Made by a program: the position numbers and the translations under genes. This document shows, piece by piece, positions 48,720-62,199 of a stretch of 64,000 nt of DNA (positions are counted from its first letter, which is position 1; each line of letters begins with the position of its first letter). The notes under the pieces were generated by a model. It was given only the letters and a program-made list of their open reading frames with translations. It was not told the DNA's origin and did no database searches. Source of the stretch: Dromiciops gliroides (lineage: Eukaryota); contig NC_057863.1 in assembly GCF_019393635.1 (NCBI RefSeq), forward strand, positions 490,648,948-490,712,947, written 5' to 3'.

Positions 48720-51054
48720 CTAGAGAGGGAATAAAAAAGAAATTATCATATAAATCTAACATTTTCACTACCTAACATATGAAAGACCCTTTCATTTCTT
48801 TATATTAGTCCTGATTTTTATCATTTCCAGAAAGTGACTGTCACTTTCCCAATGTCCTTTTAAAGTCTGAACAGTGAATATTTAGGCCCAGATGAAAACT
48901 ATGGAAATGATGATGATGATGGCAGCTAACATTTACACAGCACTCATTCTAAGTCAGGCAGGCTGACTGACACTGTGCTGGCCATAGCTTTCCTATTTCC
49001 ACGCATTCTATTTTTTGTGTTTCTTAAGCGCCACAAAAGCAGCAGTCCCCCTTGCCTTCCCCACATATCTCCATCTTGCTCCATCCTCTATCCAGCTTCT
49101 TTGGAGGAGAATGGAGCTCTAAGGGTTGGCTGCCTGTAGGATTTGCCTGCTTTATAAGCCAAGTTATACTTTCTCTTCCATCAAACCATGACTGTGATGC
49201 CTTAACGTGACACTGGATTTTTAAAGCAGAGCATAACCCTACTGAGTACTATCAAATTGGACAGTCTGAGAATAGGACAAGACTAAACTACATGCCATTT
49301 TATCTAAAGACTGAGAGAAATGAAATAGTGTTACATCAGAAAAATGCTGTTATCTCAGAAAAACAGGACAGAGAAGGAGTCTGGGTAAGGAAGGAGGATT
49401 GTAGAAAGGGACTTCAAGGCCAGTAGAAATAGATTACAGAAGGGGGCCTCAAGGCCAGTTGTCTAGTTAGTTAAGTATGACAAAGGTTAAGACTAAGTTT
49501 GTAATGCACTTGTTTATTAGCTTATACATATTAACTGACACACCCCTGGAAGGGAGATGGCTCATTTTAATGTACCTGCAATGTATGTAAAGGGTGGGGG
49601 GCACATAGAGGCATTCCCAGAAGATTATACATGTCCTGGTACTCAGCCAAAGGGGAACAGAAGGGAGGGAACTTTGCGTTAGGATTAAAGAATTAAAAAA
49701 AAAACACAAAACCCAACCCTGTCACAGTAAGAGAGTGTACCACTCCTTTATTGTGTGTCCATTCTTGTAAGAATGTAATAAAACCTTCACATAGTCACCA
49801 AACGGGAAAGTCCCGAATTTTATTTTTCACAGGCCCTGTCTAACTATGTTCAGAGAAAATAATAAGTTGATTACTTTTTTTTTGTTTGTTTGAAGTTGAA
49901 TACTTTTTGGGGCAGATAATCTCTCAAAAACTGTGATCTGCATCAGAGAAAGGAACATCCATACTGACTAAATCACAGATGCTTGAAAGGCAGAAGTAAG
50001 CTTTCTCATCAATATGTAACAGTTCAATGTTTGCTAGATCCATATTTCTAAGTGATTTTTATTAAATAATTATAAAATTTAATTTCTCTAATATCTGTCA
50101 AAGTTTTTCTCAATGTCACAAATTTAATATCAAAATAAATGTTTCACGTACTAATTAATTCACTGGATATGACTGTCAGGAAAAATCATATGCCAAATTT
50201 CATTCTAGCTCATTCACTTAGCAAGTTTCATTTCCTCAAGGTATTTAACGGAACAGAATCTGGCCTCCACCTAATCTAAAACTAAAAACATAGCTTCTTC
50301 ACTAAGTATTATGACTTTATTAACATGCTATATGTGGCCAGAGTACTGGACCCAAGGGCAGAATGATGGGTTCAAATTTCACTGAATATAAGTTTCACAA
50401 CTATAGAAGACACTTCTTTTTGAACCCCATTTATTCTTCCCTAGATGAAGATGAAAGGACCAGCAGCATCTCTTCAGTATTAAGTGTTGGTGAAAGAAGG
50501 CCCCTAGCACTGTCTGGATTCTCTGTAGGGAACTTAGGAGAGGACAGGGACAAAAGGCAAACAAGGGCTGGAAGGCAGAGCTGGGATTTCTAGTACTGGA
50601 GGAAACTTCTGAATCAACTAAATCACAGATTTAGTATCCACTTCACGGTATTGTTTTAAGGTTTAAATAAGATGATGTATATAATGTACTTTCTGCACAC
50701 AGGGCAAAAATTTACTTGGTTTGGTGTATGGATAGGGGCAATGTGGTGTCTAAAGTATGACCATAAATGTAATTGAGGGAGTAAGCTGAAGATATTAAGA
50801 AACTAGAAAATTAGTGTCTGAAGGGAACAGAAGTTAGAATAAATAAGACTAAGGTAGGTATTAAACACTTGGGAGAAGAGACTGCTTTGGTAGTTCCACA
50901 GATGATGACATCAAGAATCTGGAAGAGAGTGACCTTTATCATTACTCAGCAATTTCCCTTTTCCTCAAGTCTATATGTCTGTTAAACAGTTACTCTTTTC
51001 CTTTTTACCAATATTATGGTTTCATATGCTGCCTTGAAACATAACTGATTATAG

Positions 51055-51242
51055 GGGCAGCTAGGTGGTGCAGTGGATAGAATACTGGCCCTGGAGTCAG
51101 GAGGACTCCAGTTCAAATCTGACCTCAGACACTTGATACTTACTAGCTGTGTGACCCTGGGCAAGTTACTTAACACCAACTGCCTCACCAAAAACAAAAT
51201 AAAACAAAAAAAAAACCCCAACAACACAAAAAAACAAAAACA
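51055..51242 (+). mobile_element. Mar1-like SINE with a 15-bp TSD
   Basis: TSD ACATAACTGATTATA / ACATAATTGATTATA. Confidence 0.9.
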
Positions 51243-51414
51243 TAATTGATTATACTGTGGAGGAAATGGGTTGCTAAGAGTGACTCTAAGACTTTTACCT
51301 CATAAACATTATACTTAAGAGAGATATTTCTGAATTAGTTTGACTTTAGTCCTACTTAGAGAAGCATAGACTTATTATACTTAGGAAATCTAGAATTATT
51401 AACAAATATGCCTT

Positions 51415-54074
51415 CTGGGGGGGTGGAGCCAAGATAATGGAAGAAAGGCTGTGACTCTGAGCTCCTGACAAATCCATCCACATATCTCAAAAAAAAAATA
51501 GTCATAAGGTAATTCCTAGAGCAGCAAAACCCACAAAAGAACAGAGTGAGACTATCTTCCAGCCAAGGATGGCTTAAATAGGTCGCAGGGATTGTCTGCT
51601 CAACAGGGTGAGAGAAGAGCTCAGTGTGTGGTGCAAATCTAGCCCCAGGCAGGTTGCACCTCTAAAGCCTTGTAATATTCAGCTTCAGCAGCTTCTTCTG
51701 AAACACAGATCAGCGAAGGGGTATAGCACTTGGCTGGAGAGAAATACTAGGGGGTCTCTGCTGGAGCAGAGGCAGAAGCACTGTGGGGTTACTCAGGAAG
51801 TGGACTTGAGTGACAGTGGCCCAGTGGGGAAGGGGCGCAGGCATGCCAAGCTTTCAACCATAGAGAATCAGATTTCAATCAGATTTCTGCCTCCAAGTTA
51901 AAGAGAAAGCAGGCCCCTGGTTACTTATAGGCCAAGTGGGCTGAGATCAAGCCTAAATTGTACCACCTGGGACCCCCTAGAGCTTGGAATAGTGCATCCT
52001 GGAAGCAACACTCCACATTAAGAAGGAGCTCCACAACAACATTAAGCCAAGAAATAGGCAGTCATGATGAGCAGGCAGGGAAAGCAGCAGTCCATTGAAA
52101 GTTTCTCTGGTGACAAGGTAGATCAAAAAACACCCTCAGAAAAAGATAAAGTCAAAGCTCCTACATCCAAAACTTCCAAGTAAAATATGAATTGGTCTCA
52201 GGCCATGGAATCACTCAAAAAGGACTTTGAAGATAAGGTAAGAGAGGGAGAGGAAAAAATGTAAAGAGAAATGAGAGTGATGCAGGAGGGTCATAAAAAA
52301 GTCAACAGCTTGAAAAGCCAAATTGAAAAAGGAGGTACATAAACTCTCTGAAGAAAATCATTGCTTAAGAATTAGGATAGAGCAAATAGAAGCTAATGAC
52401 TTTATGAGAAATCGAGATGCAATAAAGGAAATCCAAATGAATAAAAAATAGAGGGCATTATGAAATATCTCCTTGGAACAACAGATGACTTGGAAAATAG
52501 ATCCAGGAGAGATAATTTGAAAATCACTGGACTACCTGAAAAACATGATCAAATTAAGAGCTTAGACATCATTTTCCAAGAAATTGTCAGGGAAACCCTG
52601 ATATTCTAGAAGCAGAAGGTAAAATATAAATAGCAAGAATCTACCAATCACCTCCAGAAAGAGATCCCAAAAGGAAAACTTCTAGGAATATTATAGCCAA
52701 ATTCCAAGAACCCAGGTCAAGGCGAAAATATTACAAGCAGCTAGAAAAAAGGAATTCAAATACTTTGGAGCTACAGTTAGGATAACACAAGATCTAGCTT
52801 CTTATACATTAAAGGATTGGAGGTAATGGAATATGATAATCTAGAGGGCAAAGGAACTAGTATTACAACCCCAAATCACCTACTGAGCAAAACTGAGTAT
52901 AATCTTTCAGAGGGGGAAAATAGGACTTCAATGAAAAAGAGGACTTTCAGGTATTTATGATAAAAAGATCTGAACTAAATTAGAAAATTTGACGTTCAAA
53001 TACAAGACCCTAGAGAAGTTTAAAAAGGTAAACAGGAAAAAGAAATCAGGAGGGATGTTAAAAGGTTAAACAGTTTACATTCCTACATGGGAAGATAATA
53101 CTTCTAACTCATAAGAACTTTCTCAGTATTAGGGCAGCTGAAAGGAATATACTTAGAGGGCACAGGTGTGAATGAATATGAATGGATGATATCTGTAAAG
53201 CATTTATTTTTTGTGGAGCAGGCAGGGTGGGGTGGCTTATTTCTGGGGCTGGAGTTGGGCTCAGGGCCTCCTGGGTCCAGGGCTGGTGCTTTGTCCACTG
53301 TGTCACCCAGCTGACCCATGATGATCTTTAAAATAAAGTTAAGGGGTAAGAGAAATGCACTGGAAGAAAGGGAAAGGGAGAGGTGGAATGTGGTAAAGTA
53401 GCTCACATAAAAGAAACAAGAAAAAGCTTATGGAGTGCAGGGGAAGATGGGGAAGGAGCGGGGAAGTTGAGTGAGCCTTACTCTCATCAGAATTGGCTCA
53501 AAGAGGGAATAACATACACACTTAGGTGGGTATAGTAATATATTTTGTCCTGAGGGAAAGTGGAAGGGGAAGGGGAAGGGGATAAAGCAGGAAGAGGTGA
53601 AGGAAAAGAGGGCAGACTGGGGGAGGGAGCAGTAAAAAGCAAAACACTTTTGAGAAGGGATAGGGTAAATGAAAATAGAGTAAATATCATGGGGAGGGAA
53701 TAGGATGGAGAGTAATACAGTTAGCAATAGTAACTGTGAAAGAAATGATTAGCAGAATGCTATCAGAAGAACATGAAAAATGCAAACCATCAAAAGAGAA
53801 AGAACTGATGGTATCTGAATACAGACTGAAGTATAATTTTATGTTAGTTCCTCTTTCTAAAGTTATTTTGTTTGTTTTCTTTCACAGCCTAATATGAAGA
53901 TGTTTTGCATGACTGCACATGTATGACATATTGAGCTGCTTGATTTCTTAGGGAGGGGTGAGGAGGGAGGGAAGAAAATTTGGGACACAAAGTTTTAAAA
54001 AAATCAATGTGAAAAAAATTTTTTTACATGTAACTTGGGGAAAATTCTAAATAAATAAATAAATCTAAATACAC
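51415..54074 (+). mobile_element. HAL1-like non-autonomous L1 derivative, copy 2 (more degraded), with a 15-bp TSD
   Basis: Same 5'UTR / ORF1 / internal antisense SINE-like module / L1 3'UTR architecture as 28837-32628. ORF1 carries multiple stops. (AAAT)n tail. TSD ACAAATATGCCTTCT / ACAAATAGGCCTTCT. Confidence 0.65.
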
Positions 54075-54290
54075 AAATAGGCCTTCTAATCACCATCTGG
54101 TCATACTTGAAGTATTTTCAATTTGATAGAACCTAGTAAAGGTTATACTCTGCTAGCAAAACTTTAAGGAACCCAGGGTTACTTCCATCTTATAGTGAGC
54201 CATCAGAGTAGGCCTTTATTATAGCAACTCAGTAATGGCCTGTATATATCTGATCACTGAGGACCAGCCTAGCAAAATTCTGAAACTACT

Positions 54291-54440
54291 TTTTTTGGGG
54301 GTGGGGTGGGGTAATAAGGGTTAAGTGACTTGCCCAGGGTCACATAGCTAGTAAGTGTCAAGTATCTGAGGCTGGATTTGAACTCAGGTCCTCCTGATTC
54401 CTGGGAGGGTGCTCTATCCACTTCACCACCTAGCTTCCCC
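54291..54440 (-). mobile_element. Mar1-like SINE
   Basis: TSD about CTGAAACT(A/C)C. Confidence 0.85.
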
Positions 54441-55124
54441 CTGAAACTCACTATTAAAAGTTGGCCTCAGGAGGACGATTTTATTTTTGTGGGGGAGAGA
54501 TTACAAAAACAGTTCTCAAAGACTAATAAGTTGTAGAGAGGTTGTAGTAAGAATTTGTGAGGGAACCACCCTTATCAGAGAAATTACAAATCTCTGAAGC
54601 ACTGAAATATTAAAGATTCTATTTAATAAGCCTATCATTTTATGTCAGTCCACTGAAAGATTTAATATTCTTTTTCCATGTTCCTTAGTGATAAATACAA
54701 GTTAAATAAGTTGAAAAAGCAAATAAAGTTAGATTAGAGCTAGTTATGACCAACTTTAAATTTGGATGTACTTCTCCCCTTCTTAAAACTTATTAATCTG
54801 TATGAGAAATAGTAGACACCCCTTTCATTTACCACTTGAATGGCAAAAAGTAAGTTGACTGAAAAGACAAGAACCACAATACCCGTCCACCCCCAAAAAT
54901 GCTTTGCAAACTTTTAAGTGCTAGAATCAATGCTAGCTATTATATATATGAACAAATAAATATATAAAACTATACAAATGCAAATAAAAACACTGAAACA
55001 CAGCTGAACTCAAGATTAAATGCAATGACCAATATAATTCCTGGAGATGATTAAATATACTTCCCTTTTCCCTGTAAGAGCTAAGGGACAGTAGGTATAG
55101 AATATTGTCTTATTTAGCTTTGTT

Positions 55125-55292
55125 TTTCTTTTTTCTTTTCTTTTCTTTCTTTCTTTATTGTTGCAGGGCAATGAGGGTTAAGTGACTTGCTTAGGGTCAC
55201 ACAGCTAGTAAGTATCAAGTCTCTGAGGCCACATTCGAACTCAGGTCCTCCTGAATCCAGGGCTGGCCCTTTAATGCGCCACCTAGCTGCCC
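55125..55292 (-). mobile_element. Mar1-like SINE with a 14-bp TSD
   Basis: TSD TGTTTTTCTTTTTT. Confidence 0.85.
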
Positions 55293-55633
55293 CCTGTTTT
55301 TCTTTTTTAAAGGGAGTGTTCTATAAGAATGGGTTACATATCAGGAAATGACATGGTATATATAAAAAAAAAACAACCCAAAAGGAATCAATAACATCAT
55401 GACATCTGCAATGAAGGTAGAAATACACAATATTTCTTCTGTTTAGGAAATTAGTTGAAACAAAGAAAGTGTTGCTGATTTAAAGAAATTATTTTAAAAC
55501 TTTTTTCACTTTTTCAAAACAAACATTGAACCAAAGCCTCCACAAATATTTAAAAAATAGCATGTCAAAGTTTCATTAAGATAAAAATATAATGAAATTT
55601 CTCTGTATGTGAAAAAAAATGACACAAAAATAC

Positions 55634-55793
55634 CTGATCTAAAATCTGTCAGTGAAGGGAGAGAATCCACGTTTTGATTACAACTCTGTAGTACTTCATC
55701 TAGGCTCTTTGGTTCAGACTTCCAGCTGACTCCAGTGTCAATTGTGTCATTTTGATGGTTGAAGTTTTCTGTTAGATCAAGGCAGATATATAC
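55634..55793 (-). CDS. RNF17: eTudor linker/helix exon ([53 protein letters not shown])
   Basis: Minus-strand acceptor ttttggcctag|GTATAT and donor GATCAG|gtattt. Phase 0 to 1, exactly bridging exons 59898-60014 and 48584-48719. Confidence 0.6.
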
Positions 55794-57489
55794 CTAGGCC
55801 AAAAGAATAAAAGGGCAATATTTCTTTAAATTTGTTATTTTTGCAATGTTTGTTACACAACTGGCATAGAATCAATAATAGTTATAACTAGGATACTCCT
55901 TGGTATTTTTGTTCTGATACCTCATCCACTTCTTGACCCCTTAATGTACTTGTTCCTAAGGAGTCTTTTTCCTTTTTTTCTTTGGCCATATTCTTCCTTG
56001 GCAAGCTCTCAAAGAATCTTAGATCTCAGGGACCATCTGGTTAATCAATATCTGAACCAGAATCTCATGTACAACATAATTTTTAAGCCTTTGCTTGAAA
56101 ATCATAAGTGAAGAGGAGGAAAACTTTCACTGAGATAGTTTTAATCACTAGGAGAAGTTTCCTTATATCAAGCCAATAAATTTGTTTCTCTGCAATGTCC
56201 AAACATTATTTCTAATTTTGCTTTCTAGGGACAGCCTAAACCAGTCTAATCCTCCTTTCCATATGACAGTCTATGTTTTTCTTCAAATCAATGATAAAAA
56301 ACGTTAAACAAGTCAAACCTATGCACAGTTTCCCGGAGTAGTTCACAAGACACTTCCTTCCAAGTTGAAGTTTACATTGAATAATTAGTAACTATTCTTT
56401 GGACAGTCAACTTAAATCAATTTTGAATCCAAGTAACTTATTTTCTGGCTCACTTTCTTCTGAGAATAGCATGGACAAGATCAAGGAGACTGTCGAATTC
56501 TTTGCTAAAATATATGTAAACTATATCTATAGGATTCCTTTGAACTAATCATCCAACATCCAAACCACCTAAAAAGAAAAAAGAAACCTGGGGGAATAAA
56601 TTTAGATGTAGCTCCATAGGACAGGGAGTTGAGTTACAAAGGTAGAAAGTCTTATTTTTTTCCTCCAGTTCAGGGTCAAATTCGTTGTCTATTTATGATG
56701 TCTATCCAAGATCTATATATTGTTGACAAGTTCCTTCAACCATGTCAATATTATAATTGGGATAACTAGTGTCCTTCAGCTACTGGATTTTCCCTAAGAG
56801 AATGATTTGGTGAAATTCTTTGAAGTGATTAATGGATTTTCTCTCTAGTCTCTGTAGTGTTGTATGGCTTGATACAATCAGTATGTCATTTGTAAACAGG
56901 ACTAACAGAGGCTTCATCACGTACAAGGAAAGAGTCTCTAAATTGGGGCTCTGGGTGGAGATCTGCTCCACAACAGTGGTGAACCACTTTGGCAAAAATA
57001 TATTTGTGTTAGGCTTTGTTCAATATTAATCAAAGGATCATCTATGTCAGAGCCTTATAGGATGTTGGAGGTCATCACAGCAAAACCCCTCATTTCACAG
57101 GTGAGGAAGCTGAGGTTCAGAGAGGTTATGTGACTTGCCCAGGAGCACAAAGTACGTGCTTAAGAAAAATAATTTATGGAGTACTCATTCATGGTGCTCA
57201 GTGCTAGCTTTAACAAAAAAATAGAAGACAAGAGCGTCTCTTCTCTAATAGGGAGGCAGCTAGGGTTGATATAAGAGAAAACTGGGCAAGAGGCTGATAG
57301 TGGAGAGGGAATTTAGCTTTCTCAATAAATGGTGGTTTGGGCTGGAGCAGAATTTGAATTTAGATCCTTGTATTACAAGTCCAGCACTCTGTATCACCTA
57401 GCTAAGTCTAATGATCCTAAAATTGTGCAACAAGCTTTTCCCCCTCTTGTTACACTGTTCAAAGAATTTTAACATATACATGAAAAATT

Positions 57490-58515
57490 AAGACAACTCT
57501 GAGGTACCACTTCATACCTATCATACTGGCAGAAAAAGAAAATGACAAATGTTGGAGGAGATATAGAAAAATCAGAACACTAACACACTGTTGGTAGAGT
57601 TGTAAACTGATCCAACCATTCTGGAGAGCAATTATACTATGCCCAAAGCACTATAAAACTGAATGTAACCTTTGACCCAGTAATACCACTGTTAGGTCTG
57701 TATCCCCAAAAGATTTTTGTTTTGTTTTGTTTTTTTTTTGGTGAGGCAATTGGGGTTAAGTGACTTGCCCAAGGTCACACAGCTAGTAAGTGTGTCTGAG
57801 GCCGGATTTGAACTCAGGTACTCCTGAATCCAGGGCCAGTTCTCTATCCACTGTGCCACCTAGCTGCCCCCCCAAAAAGATTTTTAAAAAGAAAAAGGAC
57901 CTATATGTACAAAAACATTTGTGGCAGCTCTTTTGTGGTGGCAAAGAATTGGAAATTGAGGGCATGCCCATCAGCTGGGGAATGGTTGACAAGCTATGGT
58001 ATGTGATTGTGATAGAATACTATTGTGCTATAAGAAATGATGAATAGGATGGTTTCAGAAAAACCTGGAAACACTTACATGAAATGATGCAGAGTGAAGT
58101 GAAAAGAACCAGAACACTGTACATGGTAACAGCATGTGCAACTGCAAATGACTTAACTATTCTCACTAATACAATGATTCAAGATAATTCCAAAGGATTC
58201 ATGATGAAAAGTGCTATCCATCTCGAGAGAGAGAACTGATGGAGTCTGAATGCAGATTGAAGCACCACTTTAAAAAAACTTTTGTTTTTTTTTGGGGGGG
58301 GTGGAGAATGAGGTGATGGGAGAGTTGTGGTTTTTTTCACGACTAATATGGAAATACATTTTGCATGACTGTAAATGTTTAATCTACATAAAACTGCTTC
58401 TCAATAAGGGCGGAGGGAAGGGAAGGAAAGAATTTGGAACTCAAAAATTTTTAAAGTTCATGTTAAAAATTGTTTTTACATGTAATTGGAAAAATAGTAA
58501 AAGTGAGAAAAATAT
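57490..58515 (+). mobile_element. 5'-truncated L1 (ORF2 C-terminus plus 3'UTR)
   Basis: Supplied ORF 57790-58047 ends ...GMPISWGMVDKLWYVIVIEYYCAIRNDE*. The 3'UTR is homologous to 7935-8214 and 39500-39958. Confidence 0.8.
57719..57868 (-). mobile_element. Mar1-like SINE nested in that L1, with a 15-bp TSD
   Basis: TSD CCCCAAAAGATTTTT at 57704-57718 and 57869-57885. Confidence 0.9.
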
Positions 58516-59063
58516 ATGCCTGAGAGATACCTTGTTGGAGGAAAGCTTTTAGGGAGATGTTTTACTCTACCTTACTTTTAATTTTTTTAGTCAACAAAAA
58601 ATAAGCATATTGGAATTTTTAATTTTTTCCATCTTTCTACAATATGCTAGTAAGGATTCAATCTACTATGGAATATTATTTATGAAAGCTTTAATGCTTC
58701 TTTCTAATAACTTCATCAAGGCATGTGAAGATTGTTGTTCAGTTGTGTTAGACTTTTCGTGACCCTATTTGTGGTTTTCTTGGCAAAGATACTGGAGTGG
58801 TTTGCCGTTTCTTTCTCCAGCCCATTTTACAGATAAGGAAACTGAGGTAAACAGGATTAAGTGACTCGCCCAGGATCACAAAGCTAATGAGTTTCTGAAG
58901 CTGGATTTGAACTCAGAAGATGAGTCTTTTTGACTTCAGGTCCTGTGATCCACCTAGCTATCCCATGTATACAGATTACTTTAAAAGATATTTTTTTCTA
59001 CAGATAAGAAATAAGACATATAGGTCAGTAATTATTGACACTTTGTAAGTTTCTTTCTTTCTT

Positions 59064-59213
59064 TTTTTTTTTTTTAAAGTGAGGCAATTAGGGTTAAGTG
59101 ACTTGACTAGGATCACACAGCTAGTAAATGTTAAGTGTCTGAGGCTGGATTTGAACTCAGGTACTCCTGCCTCCAGGGCAGGTGCTCTATCCACTGTGCC
59201 ACCTAGCTGCCCC
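59064..59213 (-). mobile_element. Mar1-like SINE
   Basis: TSD about AGTTTCTTTCTTT. Confidence 0.85.
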
Positions 59214-59897
59214 CAGTTTCTTTTTTGGTAACAACATCTCTGAGATTCCTGCCCCCCCCAATTACTTTGCTACTTCCTTAAGATAATATGAGCATTAATT
59301 CCTCAAAATTCTGTCATCGTGTACATTTGGTCTAGTTCATCTGCTTTTCCATCTTTGTTCTCTTCAGTGCCATTTTTGCCTTTCCTATAAGTGAAATGGG
59401 GGCTGTTAACATAGAAAGCCACTAAATGTGGTGGCTCCACTTACTGTCCTTAATGGTAAAAGGATATGTTGTAAAATATTTGAAAATCTTTCTTTACTGA
59501 TGGGGAAGAGGGAAGGTGGGAGAAAAATTTGGAACTAAAAATTCTATGAAAACAAATGTTGAAAACTATCCTTCTATGTAACTGGAAAATAATAAAATAC
59601 TGAACTATCAGAACAAAAAAAGAAAATATTTCTTTTATCTATTTTATTCTCTTTCAATACCTTTTGAATTATTGCTAAATTGGGTCCCTCGTTTAGGTAT
59701 CTTTAAACTGTTTTCTTCTGTTTTCCCCTCCATTGCTTCGTGTTATCTCATGAGGTGATAATGCTTAAAATCTTCCACTATCCTTCTCCGTAAGACTGTA
59801 CAAATAAATTATTTTCTAAATTGGTGATACTCTTGGTTACCATGTTACTATATGGATTAAAATTTTCATTTGCCCATTATATATTTAAATTGTATAC

Positions 59898-60014
59898 CTC
59901 ATTAGGTGAAACAACATGTTTCACTTGGACGGGATAAAGTTCTCCTGGAGGAGGAAGAGATGGTGATAAATATGGTGGTAAAACAGGAGTTTCCATATCA
60001 GACCGAAGCAATTC
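59898..60014 (-). CDS. RNF17: eTudor N-terminal exon ([39 protein letters not shown])
   Basis: Minus-strand acceptor tatgttctag|GAATTG and donor AATGAG|gtatac. Phase 0 to 0. Contains the eTudor start motif Y.V.V.HV.SP. Confidence 0.7.
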
Positions 60015-60204
60015 CTAGAACATAAGATAAATTCAAGTTTCATTATGATCATTACTGCAAAGTTCAAAGAAAAATTATTCATTATGACACGACTCCAAAT
60101 TAGCAAAAATCTTTCTGGAATTTGGTAACTGTCATATAGACATATCTCTTGATTATTTTCTGGATATGGGTTGAACTTTCCACCAATTCACTTTCATCTA
60201 AACT

Positions 60205-60365
60205 GTAAGTCAGGATAGCTAGGTAGCATAGTAGATAGAGGATTGGGCCTGGAATCAGGAAGACTAATCTACCTGAATTCAAATCCAGCCTTAGACAGTT
60301 ACCATATGTGTGACCCTAGGCAAGACAACTAAATCTGTTTGTCTTAGTTTCCTTATCTGTAAAAG
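60205..60365 (+). repeat. MIR element
   Basis: …gggcctggaatcaggaagac…gtgtgaccctaggcaagacaactaaatctgtttgtcttagtttccttatctgtaaaag. Confidence 0.7.
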
Positions 60366-61050
60366 AAGTGGAGAAGAAAATGGGAAACTACTTCAGGATC
60401 TTTGCCAAGAAAACTTCAAATGGGAGCATGAAGAATTAAGACACTACTGAAAAACAACTGAACAGCAAGAACAGATTACAAGTTCAGTCTGGCAAAATAA
60501 ATTTGATTTTTTTGTGCTTGAGTGAAAATATGAAATAATATGAGAAAATGCATGTGAAATAGGTAATAATACGAGGAAATGAGACATCTGTAAAGCCATA
60601 TTGAAAACCTTAACGTGCTATAGAAATGAGAGCTGCTATTATTATCATTATTATAATTTATTTGTGGGTTTTTCTTCATTCTCTTTTCTATGTTTATAAT
60701 TAACTTCTCATAACACAATGTAATCAGTGTATTGGCAAGGCTAGAATAAGACTATCTAGTAGGTATGTTTTTTCAGGGTTGATATTTTGAGCCTAAAAAC
60801 AGAATAACATCTACCAAAGTGACTATAACTTCCTACTACAGGGGATCCTGATAGTGGGGTTATATAGGCAGCACAGAAAATATTTGATCTGAGAAATAAA
60901 GATAAATTGTTTATTGTTGAATTTTCATGATTACTGCATAAAAAGCATTTATTTAGTAAATATCCACCCTCTAGAAATAGTAGTATTTCAGGCACTTAGT
61001 AAGAAATGGAAATGATTTAACTATAAAATAAGATCTGGGTTGAAACTTAC

Positions 61051-61107
61051 CTTAAAATTTATTTCCCAGTTTTCTTCTTCATACTTTTCACTGTGATCCT
61101 TTGGCTT
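61051..61107 (-). CDS. RNF17: Short upstream coding exon of the same - strand gene (KPKDHSEKYEEENWEINFK)
   Basis: Strong minus-strand splice sites ttgttatttcag|AAGCC and TTTAAG|gtaagt. Open 19 codons, phase 0 to 0. Confidence 0.45.
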
Positions 61108-62199
61108 CTGAAATAACAATACAGCAATATTATTATTACATCTTTTTTATTTCACATTACTTTTATCTTAAGAGTATACATATTTTAGTTAGGTTCCATT
61201 TAATTATTTCAGGGTATAGAGCATAGCCACAGATTCCCAAAGAGATTCTAAATAGTGCTCTATGTATTTCACCCACAAGAAATCTTTAATGTTATAAAGT
61301 CAATGGTGACCTCAAATTCTTATGAGATAGTAGGTCTTATTACATCTGAAAAAAGTAGCATGGTAAGCTGGCATTTTCATTCCTATTTATAATATTCAAT
61401 ATAGAACAGGTACATATCTGCATTGTTAAGAGTCTCATCACTGAGAATTCCCAATGCCAATGAAATCACAGGTTCTCCCCAAATTTTATATAGATATGCA
61501 ACATTAAAGTGTTTAGTGTGAAATCAAAGGACAAGGATCTGAAGAGGCAGAAGAGAACCTTGTCCAATGGACAGGTGGTTAGAGAGCAGAAGAATGTAGT
61601 AGAAGAAAAAGAAAAAGCCCACTGAATACTAGGGGAGTGAAATAAAGATATGAAGAACTTCCTTCTGAGGAGAAGCAGCTGTTGGTTCTCTAAGGCATGA
61701 TACCTTTCACAAAAAAAGTCAGAGAAAGAGATAAACAAGAGAGCAAATAACTAACTGCCTGCTATGAAGAGAGGTTCCTATTTTTTGACCTGCTAACAAC
61801 TGAGAATTGTATAAACTCCCCAGGGCATGGTATAGCTGAAACATGAGACATGTTTTAAAATCTGCAAAACTTCTAAACCCTGGTGATGCATTGGGGCATA
61901 AACAATGAATGCAGAAAACATTTGCAAAGATCATGAAGTCTTGGAGAATAAACTCAACACCTCAAGGATACAGGTGGTACACCTTCACCACTGCTGCCCA
62001 TCAAAGTTAAGGATTTTAGAAGAAAAAAACATTCTGGGTATGAGAACAGTTAGTTAAGATGATAGGACCTGAGAATAGGATTTGGGTTCCTGGCTCTAGA
62101 AGGGATACACCTACAAAGATTATAAAGTATATTTGCCCCAAATCTTGCAGATCTAATAAAAGGGGGATAGTAGCATAATATTGAGAAGGAAGACATTTG

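Noticed and set aside
49130-49215. Open - strand frame (...VKASQSWFDGRESITWLIKQANPTGSQPLELHSPPKKLD...)
   Set aside because: No splice sites with compatible phase. No Tudor or other motif. Not needed for exon continuity.
59690-59800. Candidate - strand Tudor-gene exon with a good acceptor (tttag|AAAATAATTTATTTG..., peptide KIIYLYSLTEKDSGRF)
   Set aside because: In-frame stop after 16 codons and no usable donor. The real bridging exon was found at 55634-55793 with correct phases.
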